From NCBI GenBank assembly GCA_044892525.1, contig CM097885.1:13642001-13706000 (forward strand): 64,000 bases of DNA, given 5' to 3'. Position 1 is the first letter of the stretch; each line of letters starts with the position of its first letter. Below are positions 54,428 to 64,000 of the stretch, one piece after another. The position numbers and the translations under genes are program-made. Below the pieces are notes generated by a model. It worked only from the letters and a program-made list of their open reading frames with translations. It ran no database searches and had not been told where the DNA came from. The stretch is from Schmidtea polychroa (Eukaryota).

Positions 54428-56599
54428 CATTTTTAGAATAGAAATTCCACTACAGTTGTTTAGGACACTTGTGATATTTTATTACAGACAAGGCAGACCA
54501 ACATATAGAGTCAAGTCAATAGTACTAAGACGCATAAATCAACACTACTTATACAACACACGAATTTATAATGGAATATTTTACGCATATATAAAAAATT
54601 TTAAAATTACCACTATCCTGAGATTAATAACACCAAATAAATTGATGGTTCTGACCAGTGGACATGATTTATTAATACATTGATTATCCCATTACTGACT
54701 AATAATAATTATTTAAGTGCATATAAATTTGTATACAAGTACAAAATGCCATAGTAACATAATTAAAAATCATTTTCATACATGCAAATTTGACAATTTT
54801 CTGTTTTATTTTAACCAATTAAATCAAAAATAGAAAGCCATACATAATTTTATTAAAAACTGAATTTTAAAATACTTATAAAACATACTTGATTTAATTA
54901 GTAAAGTCCATAAAATCAATAAAAAATATATATAACCATTCCAACTATACTGCACTGAAAAGTCGCTCAAAGTTTTACTCGACATCGACAAAAGCAACGA
55001 AACGAACCGAGAGAAATTGCAATGAATCGAAGAACTAATCAAATTTCCAGCATCATTTTCAAAAGTAAATGTTCGAATTATTATTCCAATTGATAGACAT
55101 GGTAAAATCAATAAAAACGTATTCCATTTTCGTTCTGTCAATCTCATATCATTTCAATTTCATCTGAACATTACAGCAACAATCCAAATCCAAAAGAAGT
55201 GAAATCTAAAAACGAAAAACAAATAACTGTAAAACATCTCGTTTCTGATTGGCTGATTTTCATGAACGTAGAAAACCAATTGCACACGCATTGTACAGAA
55301 CACGCATGCACACATGCCATGCCATACCGCCGGCACACACACTATACAATTATATATTCAATCTAGACTGTCGTAGAGCTTGAGTAGTAAAATCCGGAAT
55401 ATTTTATTACTACACACACATACCCATTTTTCAGATATCACCTCAAACCGACAACAGACAGCAGGTGTTGTCGGCAAATTTTTTCAGTCTTTAATCTTGA
55501 TTTTGAATCATTCAACAACGCCAGCGGTAGACTTAAAAGCACTGAGAAAAAAAATCATTGACTATGCACCACCACACCAGTCGTCAAATACCAACAAGCT
55601 ATCGCTGGAAGCACAGTTACAATCAACTCTCACAGCCGCCCAGGAATTATAAACACGTTTATACCGATTCCAGATACTTCACAACCAATTCAACTCCATT
55701 CATTGACATAAGGCTAATTTCGACTCAAATATGCAAGTTCAAACAAAAAAAACATTTCAACACTGCTCTGCAAAACAAATCATCATGTACACAATTTTCA
55801 GGCAACTACTCAAACATGTTCTATTACAACATTGTGTTGGCATTTTCTCAAGTGTTCTGGTTGCTATATTTTTTCTTTTTGGTCGATTATTTTTTACCAG
55901 CAATTTGTCAGTGGACGATGACATGATTTATCGAATAAGTTTAAACCTGTTTAACCGACTGCTCAACAAATAAATGTGATAATTCTTGTCAGCAAATGTA
56001 AGCACAACACAGATATAAATCACATCCACACGCAAGCCAACCGAAACAAGCACAGCGTGCACGTTTGAGTTTCTTGCAAATAGACACTTTTCTGGTTCAT
56101 CAAATAATGTTTTAGTTACCCTATAAGTTTAGTGATTTTATAAGTTCTCCGAGGTTTATTTAGCATTATTATTCATCAATATCTCACTAAAAATATGCTA
56201 ACAAAGTCATTCATAGAATTGTCTAAAGTGTACAAATTCATTGATTGTAATGTGCATGCAGTTGAATAAAATTGGATACATAAAGGCAATAATAGCTCTG
56301 TATTTCAAGTTTATTTTCTATTCATTTTTAACTACGATTTTCTTGATGCATATAAAGTCAATTATAATAATGTGATATAGTGAACCTGTGAGTTATAAAT
56401 AATGAAATCATCCTGGCTTTTAGTAAATTATAAAGTTATTGATATAAAAGTGCTGAAATAATTGATTGAATTGTGGTATGATCTTGATATTAATTAAATA
56501 CGAAAATGTCAATTTATCTAATCAATTAGAATCGTATTTATTTTGTTGTAAATATTTCGTCACTTTCACTTGTATATTTTTGTCAGATTTTTTGATTGA

Positions 56600-56617
56600 A
56601 TCCCGGCTGAGCCCCCA
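56600..56617 (-). promoter_or_regulatory. Primer binding site, tRNA-Pro
   Basis: Minus strand TGGGGGCTCAGCCGGGAT versus canonical Pro PBS TGGGGGCTCGTCCGGGAT, 7 nt downstream of the 5' LTR end. Confidence 0.85.
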
Positions 56618-56624
56618 AAAATCA

Positions 56625-58278
56625 TGTTGGTTACTTAGGGGTGTGTCCTTTTTACAATTTAAAATACGTTAGGGGTAATCATAACCGTTCGACTCTTTCC
56701 TAAGCACCTCCATAACTATTGCAATTTAAACCATTTGTGTACCCATGGCGACGACCATGTTGGTACTGTACACAAAGGTGAAAAAACAATGAGCAGGTGA
56801 GCTCTATTACTAAAACTACTCCCCATTGGATTTTCTTTTCGGGTTCTAGACTGCCGATAGAAGGTCTTACGTCCTTATTCACTATATAGGCTATTTTTGG
56901 ATCGTTGTTGGTCCTCAATTACGGGTATTTCTAATTGTTCTCTTATAAAATTTTGTGCAGGGATCCGTCCTTATTTCCCAGCTAGTAATTATTATTCTAC
57001 ACTTCCTACAATATTTAAATTATCCTTTGAAAAATTTGCGCAGGGATTGGCCCTTATTTTCAAGTTAATCCACACTTGCCATAATATTTAAATTGTTCTT
57101 CAAAGATTTTGAGCAGGGATCTGCCTGTGTTTCAAATCATGAGCTGTCGGAAAAATTACATAAATCTAACTTTATCCATCTTCAACTGGTCTCAACTATT
57201 CCATCTTTACTCCTAACTCACTTATGTCTATAAAACATAAAGGTGACTAAGCCACCTACATTGTCTAAATCTAAATAAAATTCTAAACGGCCTAAAATGA
57301 CATTACACTCCCTAATCATTCCTATCACTATCACTGTCCTCTAACTCGATGGACTCAACCGGCGAAATATCTGCCGAACAACAGCACGTAGTGCCGCCCG
57401 TCCACAAACTTTTCCCCAGCCCAGACCATCGACACAATCAACAAATAATATAATTGAATTCAATGAGACTATGAATTAGAATAAATGAATTTAAACCATT
57501 AAAAAGGATCACTAAAGAAAATTGAACCGAGACATTTATTAATTAAATTTATTAATTAAAATACTTCATAAAAATTACAGAAAACAATAACAAATAAATT
57601 ACCACATCCACGTTGGCATAAAATCGAAACTGAGAGTTCTGCAAATTAAGTGGCTATGTTGAAAAAAGAGAGAGTGTTTTTCAATTGAATTTGTGATCAG
57701 TATTTATACTGATTTTGAATGCGTACTCTATCCAATCAGAGTGCGAGAATTATTGAATTGATTTTGCACACATGCATGAATGTGTGTAATTATTTATTTG
57801 TTTTAATTTCATAAATTTAATTAATTTCTTATTTAATTTTTATTAATTTTAATTTTACAAATTTTATAATTTAACTAATTTGAGTTATATTAATTTTTAT
57901 TAATTTAAACATTTTTATTCTTTAAATTTAATAAGTTAAATAACCATTTAATTCTATAAACTTTACAATTTACATAATGCTAATTAATTTTATTATTTTT
58001 GACGATTTAATTTTTATATTGTTTAAATAATTTTCAACTAATTCCATTTTATATTTTATTATTTTTCTATTTAAATTTTTAAGTGTTGAATTTTCTGTTA
58101 AATTTATTTATCTCTTTATTCTATTATACGGGGTTTATTGATTCTTAATGTGTGATGTAGTTTATTTTATTTATTTTAAATTAAACCTTGGTCATAAATT
58201 TTTTCAACTTTGCGGTTTTTGTGTTAGGTATTTTCGATCGATTAAAACAAACTCTCAGTTCTCGTTTTCAGCCCAACA
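56625..58278 (-). repeat. 5' LTR (1654 bp) with CCAAT (57732-57736) and TATAAATA (57708-57701)
   Basis: Adjacent to the PBS; TATA and AATAAA motifs are oriented on the minus strand. Confidence 0.95.
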
Positions 58279-58815
58279 AATAGTAAAACTGCTCTGAGAG
58301 GACAGTGGTATTTTTTTTTTTTTTTCACTGTCCTCTCAACAGTTTTTTTGATCCGGATCATTTTTGTTTTATTCAACCTCTTTCGTTTATCGAATCTCTT
58401 CCAATATACAAGCTGGCCAGACTCATACATCAGAATCAATCCGATAATAGCAGCACACCTTATTATTCGCTTCTCGCTCGAATACGATTTCATCGGCGTT
58501 TTAAGTGTGCTGCTCGAAAGTACAAATGAATTCGAAAGCGAATTCGAAAGAGGTCCGAAAACAACTGAGAAATAAATGTGCACATTAAAGAATCGATCCG
58601 GGGGTGTTCGAAAGACAGGTGGCGATAATTACCGGTTCGCCACCATCACCCGTTTCAATATTTTTTTTTCATATTTATGTTTAAAAAATAATTAATTAAT
58701 AAAAAAATAAAATAAAATAAAATAAATGAAATAAAATATACAAGTACTTTATAAATATAAGATACCCACACTATTTTCAATATTATTTTCAAATTTTTAA
58801 TATTATTTTATGTTG

Positions 58816-58899
58816 AAAAAAAACTAACCTCAGATGTGATTTGAACCGCTATCCATTTGAACCACTGTGCCAGTCTATTCCCACTGCGCCATCAAGGTT
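58816..58899 (-). ncRNA. Putative Pol III tRNA-like small RNA, copy 1
   Basis: A box TGGCGCAGTGG (58891-58881), B box GGTTCAAATC (58847-58838), partly complementary ends AACCTT/GAGGTT, T8 terminator. Confidence 0.55.
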
Positions 58900-59048
58900 T
58901 GAATTTTTGTCATTTTTTTAATTTTTAATTTATAAAAAAATAAAATAAAATAAAATAAATAAAATAAAATATACAAGTACTTTATAAATATAAGATACCC
59001 ACACTATTTTCAATATTATTTTCAAATTTTTAATATTATTTTATGTTG

Positions 59049-59131
59049 AAAAAAAACTAACCTCAGATGTGATTTGAACCACTAGCATTTTGAACCACTG
59101 TGTCAGTCTAGCCCACTGCGCCATCAAGGTT
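59049..59131 (-). ncRNA. Putative Pol III tRNA-like small RNA, copy 2
   Basis: A box (59123-59113), B box (59080-59071), T8 terminator; within the RNA-like unit, differences from copy 1 lie between the boxes. Confidence 0.55.
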
Positions 59132-59198
59132 TGGATTTTTTGTCATTTTTTTAAATTTTTATTATAAAAAATGAATAATATAAATCTTAAAAAATAAA

Positions 59199-62100
59199 AT
59201 GAAAACAGGGTATCCAATAAAAAATTTTTTTCTAAAAATGAATTGTAATATTTGCAATAAAGTTTTTAAAAATAAAACTGGATTAATTTCTCAGTTAAAA
59301 TCGAAAGCTCATTTATTAAAAGAAAATAATCTTAATGATACAAATTCAAAACTTTGTCTTAAATGTAAAGGAAGATTTCTACATTCTGGATATAATAAAC
59401 ATTTTGAAAATTGTATCGGGAAAAATAGAGAAATATTTACATGTCCTCATTGTAACTTTTCAACAAAACTAAATTTCTATTATTTAGAACATATAAAAGA
59501 ATGTAAAAATAAAAAACAAAATTCTGACGATGAGGAATGTCATTCAGAAGGAGAGCCTGATCATGTTGAAAGAGAAAAATATAACTGGGATAATTTTAAT
59601 CATATAGATGAATTTCAATTAAAAATTAATGGGCCTGCAACTCCTGGAGAATATATAAATAAAAATAAAAAAAATATTAAAAATTCTTTCACTGAAGCTT
59701 TAAAAAATTATAAACCGACAAGGTATAATGTTATAAAATATAAAATTATAATCAAAGCAAAATACTGGCGAGGAGCAGAAGAAAAGACAACACCCTTAGA
59801 TGTTGAAATTGGAATACCTTTTAAATATTTATTTTCAATTAAAGGATTTGATAAAACCATCAAAGAAATAATTAAAGCAGCAGAAGCAAAACAAGAGGAA
59901 GTAGAAAATGAATTAGGAGATTCAAACTTAGTATTCAACTCTTTCCAAACTTTAGTGATTGATTATTGGAGAGGATTACCACCCAATCCTAAATCTTATA
60001 TTCCTACACCCTTTAAATCTAAAAATGTTATAAATGTACAGAATAATGATAACAAATGTTTCATCTGGTCAATACTTGCACATTTACATCCTCAAGCAAC
60101 AAATCCCCAAAGAGTTTCAAAATACAAACAATATGAAAATGAATTAATATTTCCCAAAGGATTCAAACACCCAATGAAACTAGAAGACATTCCAGAATTT
60201 GAAAAATTAAATAATCTTAAACTTAATATTTATGAACATGTTATAGGGAAAGAAATTATTCCAATTTATATTTCAGATAGTGGAACCAAGGATAACGGAG
60301 CACAGGACAACGAGATATATCTTTTAATCTTGGAACAAGAAAATAATCAACATTATGTTTTAATAAAAAACTTTCAAGCTTTTACATCTCCAGAGAATCC
60401 AACTAGTGGAGGAGGAACATGTAAAAGATGTCTTCATTATTCAACAACTAAAAACTCTATGATTAAACATACAAGATTTTGTGAAAAAGATGATCCAGCT
60501 TTAATTAAAATGCCTAATAATTCCAAGATGTATTTTAAAAACTTTTCAAATTTACTACAAACAGTTGGAGTTCTTTATGGTGACTTTGAATCTATAAACC
60601 ATAAACAAGATTTGGTTTATCAATATTTAAAAATAATAGAAAAAAATAAACTCATGGATTTATGGAACTCCTCAGGAGAGAAGATGAAACCAGAGAGGAT
60701 GAAAGCCTTTCTAAGAAAAAGAAATAAACCTAATAGTGTTAAAAAAACTAAACAATTACCATCTGCTTATAAATTATTATTTAAAAGTAATTATCCTGAA
60801 CTCATAGAATCTAGAGAATATTCAATTCTAGGAGGTACCCCTGAAGAAGTCTTGAATCATTTTACTAAAAATATAAATGATCTAGAACATGAAATATTTA
60901 AAATATTAAAAACAAAGTATCCTCAAAATATTTCTAATCAACAACAACAAGAATATGAAAATACTTCCAACTGTTGGATGTGTAAACAGAATATTCTTCC
61001 TGATGAAAAAGTTATAGATCATGATCATTTAAAAAAGGAAAATAATTATCGAGGAGCAGCTCATAAAAATTGCAATCTTAATTGCCATACTCCTAAATTT
61101 ATACCTGTTATATTTCATAATCTTTTTGGATATGACATACATCTATTTATTAAAAACCTCGCAGCAAATGCTAAAAACTCTTTCAAAGTTATCGGCTTAA
61201 CAAAGGAAAAATATAAATCAATTGAATATGGAAAATTAAAATTTATAGACTCGTTAAACTTTCTCCAAATGTCTTTAGATGCAGTAGCAAAAACAATGAA
61301 ACCAGAAAATTTTAAAATCACTCGAGAATTCTTGGAAAAAAATAATATTCCTCTAGAAGAATATCCTACATGTTTAGCAAAAGGAATATATCCTTATGAC
61401 TATGTTGACTCGTTTGAAAGATATAATGAAACAAGTCTTCCTAGCCAAGAAGATTTCTATTCACAACTTCAAAAAAATCATATTACAAATCAAGAATATT
61501 CTCGAGCAAATAAAATGTGGGAATTATTCAAGTGTAAAACTTTAGGAGAATATACAAGTATGTATTTATCCTTGGATGTTTATATTCTAGCAGATTGCTT
61601 TGAAGAATTTACAAACTCTTTTGTTCTTAAACCTTATAATTATATAACTGCACCCTCTTTAGCTTGGGATACTATGTTATATACCATTTGGACTTCAAAT
61701 ATAGAAGATGCTGATAAAATTATAGATCTTTTAACTAACCTCGATATGTTTAACCAAATTAAAACAAACATTAGAGGAGGAGTCTTTTCAGTAATGGGGA
61801 ATGGAGAAATAAAAGCTAGAAATGCAATAACTACTAGCCGAAGACTATCTAAACACCCTGATGATCCATATATGAAAATTAACAATGAGGAATTAAAAGA
61901 ATTATTAGAAACAATGAAAAATCCTATATTTATACTTTATATAGATGCAACAGCTTTATATTCAGGAATTATGACTCAATTTTTACCAATGGGTGATTTC
62001 ACTGAAATAGAGAACCCAACAGATGACCTTATGAAAGAAATACTTTCAACATCGAAAGATTCTCCAATAGGTTACTTTATAGAATGCGACCTCGACTATC

Positions 62101-63518
62101 CAGATGATATAAAATCAGGAACAAGATATTTTCCTTTAGCTCCCATAAGAGGAAAGATTGATATCAACGAACTTTCTGAATGGCAAATCTCACAAGATAA
62201 ACCTCCAACAATGAAACTTCTTTGTGATCAAACAGATCGAAGGTTTTATCTTTGTCACTATAGACTCCTCCAATTTTATCTTTCACGAGGTATGATATTA
62301 AAAAAAGTTCATAGTGTCATAAGATTTAAACAAGCTCCATTCATGAAAGCTTTTATCGAGGAGAACATTAGGTGCCGAAACATTGCAAAAAGAGAAGGTA
62401 ATCTTTTTAAAGATAATAATTATAAAATTTTAAACAATTCAGTCTTTGGGAAAACAATGGAGAATGTTGATAAATATACTCATATTGAACTCCTAACAAA
62501 TACTACCAAAGATATTAAGCGTTATAATCGCATGCTAGGAAAGTCTACATTTAAAAACGCACAAGTATTTTCTGAAAATCTTACTGCAGTAGAATTAAAA
62601 AATTATGAGAAAACATATAACAAACCAATATTTATAGGGTTTACAATTTTAGAACTTTCAAAATTACAAATGTATGAAACATATTATAACATCTTACAAC
62701 CTATATACGGAGCAAATATATCAATGCATGCAATGGATACAGATTCAATGTTTTTAACAATAAGAACTCATGATTTACAAAAAGATATGAAAGAAAATCC
62801 TATACTTTCAAATTTAATAAATTCATCTGGAGAACTATTTTCGTTTAAAGATGAAAAACCTTTTACTCCTATAGAAAATGGAATATTTATTCGTGCTAAA
62901 CAATATTCATACGAAACATTTAGAAACCCTGAATTTATAACTAGATCATTTATATTTAAAACTCCAGAAACAGAAGAAACCATTACACATAGATATCCTA
63001 TATTTCCTAAAGAAGAAAAACCTGTAAAGGATAACAGATGTAAAGGAATACAGAGAGTGGTTGCAAAGAATCTTTCTCATCAAGATTATATAGATACATT
63101 GAATCCAAATCATAAAGATAAAATTGATGAAATACATCAACTTAAATGTGAAAACCATGATATTCACTTGATAGAATCTCAAAAAGTATCATTATCAAAT
63201 TATGATGATAAGAGATTCATACTAAGTGATTTAAAGACAACTCTACCTATTGGAAATAATTTAATCCCTATAACAAAAAATCTAGAAAAGTTGAATAAGT
63301 TATATGATACAAAGATTACTGATCTTGATATTTATAATGTTGAAATTATTTATCCCGAGAGAGAAATCAAGAAACCTTTATATTCTCAAGTTTTTAATCC
63401 TATATGTTTAGAACTTAAATATTTTAATACTGATCCTGAATATATAAAAGGTCTAAGTGATAAAGAATTTAAAGATCATAAATTAATGATTCATAGGTTG
63501 GCTTTCAACCATAACTGA
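59199..63518 (+). CDS. Polinton/Maverick-type (protein-primed family) DNA polymerase B with N-terminal zinc fingers and embedded endonuclease VII-like domain, 1439 aa
   Basis: Exonuclease YGDFES, FHNLFGYD, KGIYPYDY; polymerase YIDATALY, KILNNSVFGK, MDTDS, YDDKR; CWMC...DHDH...RGAAHKNCN insertion. Intact and intronless. Confidence 0.93.
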   Translation: MKTGYPIKNFFLKMNCNICNKVFKNKTGLISQLKSKAHLLKENNLNDTNSKLCLKCKGRFLHSGYNKHFENCIGKNREIFTCPHCNFSTKLNFYYLEHIKECKNKKQNSDDEECHSEGEPDHVEREKYNWDNFNHIDEFQLKINGPATPGEYINKNKKNIKNSFTEALKNYKPTRYNVIKYKIIIKAKYWRGAEEKTTPLDVEIGIPFKYLFSIKGFDKTIKEIIKAAEAKQEEVENELGDSNLVFNSFQTLVIDYWRGLPPNPKSYIPTPFKSKNVINVQNNDNKCFIWSILAHLHPQATNPQRVSKYKQYENELIFPKGFKHPMKLEDIPEFEKLNNLKLNIYEHVIGKEIIPIYISDSGTKDNGAQDNEIYLLILEQENNQHYVLIKNFQAFTSPENPTSGGGTCKRCLHYSTTKNSMIKHTRFCEKDDPALIKMPNNSKMYFKNFSNLLQTVGVLYGDFESINHKQDLVYQYLKIIEKNKLMDLWNSSGEKMKPERMKAFLRKRNKPNSVKKTKQLPSAYKLLFKSNYPELIESREYSILGGTPEEVLNHFTKNINDLEHEIFKILKTKYPQNISNQQQQEYENTSNCWMCKQNILPDEKVIDHDHLKKENNYRGAAHKNCNLNCHTPKFIPVIFHNLFGYDIHLFIKNLAANAKNSFKVIGLTKEKYKSIEYGKLKFIDSLNFLQMSLDAVAKTMKPENFKITREFLEKNNIPLEEYPTCLAKGIYPYDYVDSFERYNETSLPSQEDFYSQLQKNHITNQEYSRANKMWELFKCKTLGEYTSMYLSLDVYILADCFEEFTNSFVLKPYNYITAPSLAWDTMLYTIWTSNIEDADKIIDLLTNLDMFNQIKTNIRGGVFSVMGNGEIKARNAITTSRRLSKHPDDPYMKINNEELKELLETMKNPIFILYIDATALYSGIMTQFLPMGDFTEIENPTDDLMKEILSTSKDSPIGYFIECDLDYPDDIKSGTRYFPLAPIRGKIDINELSEWQISQDKPPTMKLLCDQTDRRFYLCHYRLLQFYLSRGMILKKVHSVIRFKQAPFMKAFIEENIRCRNIAKREGNLFKDNNYKILNNSVFGKTMENVDKYTHIELLTNTTKDIKRYNRMLGKSTFKNAQVFSENLTAVELKNYEKTYNKPIFIGFTILELSKLQMYETYYNILQPIYGANISMHAMDTDSMFLTIRTHDLQKDMKENPILSNLINSSGELFSFKDEKPFTPIENGIFIRAKQYSYETFRNPEFITRSFIFKTPETEETITHRYPIFPKEEKPVKDNRCKGIQRVVAKNLSHQDYIDTLNPNHKDKIDEIHQLKCENHDIHLIESQKVSLSNYDDKRFILSDLKTTLPIGNNLIPITKNLEKLNKLYDTKITDLDIYNVEIIYPEREIKKPLYSQVFNPICLELKYFNTDPEYIKGLSDKEFKDHKLMIHRLAFNHN

Positions 63519-63612
63519 AACCAACGATATTTAATTTTTTAATAATAAAATGTCGACAATTAATTTAAGCAACTATAGCAACCTGATCTACTTTTTTTAA
63601 AATACACCCATT

Positions 63613-63999
63613 TTATAAGTAAGAATTCTTTAACCATTTTTCTCGAGATGTTTTTTTATTACTTATAACATTAGCCACCATGCCCTCCCTTTTTAATCTT
63701 ATAACCTCATTCTTTATATCTTGTATTATTTGATTTGATTTCATTATTTCTTCGTCTGTCAGGATTCCATCTTCCAAAGCTTTTAATTGAAATAAAAATA
63801 ATTTAGAGATTCCTAATTCTATTGATAAACAAACTTCTCTATATAAACTTTTCTTTTTAGAAGTATAAGATAATGAAACTATTTCAGTTAAGAAACCATC
63901 AGCCACAGAAATACTTCCAAGTATTACAGGTGCAAGAGTAACAACTGGTAAAGTTATGGGTAAAATAACTGTTAATATTGCAGATGCAAATCCTAAAGA
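63613..63999 (-). CDS. Polinton accessory membrane protein (3' part; frame open to the window edge)
   Basis: SLGFASAILTVILPITLPVVTLAPVILGSISVADG hydrophobic stretch followed by KALEDGILTDEE; convergent with PolB. Confidence 0.65.
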   Translation of the reverse strand, partial: SLGFASAILTVILPITLPVVTLAPVILGSISVADGFLTEIVSLSYTSKKKSLYREVCLSIELGISKLFLFQLKALEDGILTDEEIMKSNQIIQDIKNEVIRLKREGMVANVISNKKTSREKWLKNSYL

Positions 64000-64000
64000 A

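Larger units (their letters stand above)
42878..58278 (-). mobile_element. 15.4-kb gag-only (non-autonomous) LTR retrotransposon, recent insertion
   Basis: Two 1654-bp direct repeats with TGTTGG...CCAACA ends; 4-bp TSD AATA (42874-42877, 58279-58282); tRNA-Pro PBS and gag on the minus strand. Confidence 0.93.
58700..59165. repeat. Two tandem 233-bp direct repeats upstream of PolB
   Basis: CAAGTACTTTATAAATATAAGATACCCACAC at 58741 and 58974. Confidence 0.92.
42578..64000. mobile_element. Polinton/Maverick left part, interrupted by the LTR element at 42878-58278 and continuing beyond the window
   Basis: Canonical 5'-AGTAGT terminus at 42578. With the LTR element removed, this lies ~1.2 kb from a Polinton-type PolB. 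Right terminus not in window, so the left boundary is inferred. Confidence 0.7.

Noticed and set aside
42878..58278. 1654-bp duplication as an assembly artefact or as Polinton TIRs
   Set aside because: Repeats are direct, have TG...CA ends, a TSD and an adjacent PBS, so they are LTRs.
58816..59131. Canonical tRNA genes
   Set aside because: A and B boxes are present but acceptor and anticodon arms do not form a proper cloverleaf; kept only as tRNA-like Pol III units.
59708..63182. Minus-strand ORFs overlapping PolB
   Set aside because: Short antisense shadows of the long polymerase ORF.

Overview
Very AT-rich eukaryotic (animal) genomic DNA. Many 42-50 nt introns, (AAT)n arrays and a Penelope/Polinton/large-LTR transposon mix suggest a planarian-type flatworm (inference only). 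Host genes: a 13-exon LEKR1-like coiled-coil gene (+, 2315-28911) and a 6-exon OTUD5 deubiquitinase (-, ~41452-36652). The LEKR1 introns hold a selenocysteine tRNA gene, a decayed Polinton (integrase-penton-core-PZ/capsid start), a chimeric cofilin/RACK1 retrocopy, Penelope, pogo, Tc1/IS630 and MULE relics, a Helitron and several MITEs. Between the two genes is a decayed tRNA-Trp-primed Gypsy element with a glycoprotein-like relic lying between gag and protease. The right third is nested. A Polinton/Maverick appears to begin at AGTAGT (42578). About 300 bp in, it is interrupted by a young 15.4-kb LTR retroelement (1654-bp LTRs, 4-bp TSD, tRNA-Pro PBS) whose only intact ORF is Gag. The Polinton then resumes with hairpins, two tandem Pol III/tRNA-like units, an intact 1439-aa DNA polymerase B and a convergent membrane-protein ORF that runs off the window. 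All family assignments are by motif recognition, not database search.
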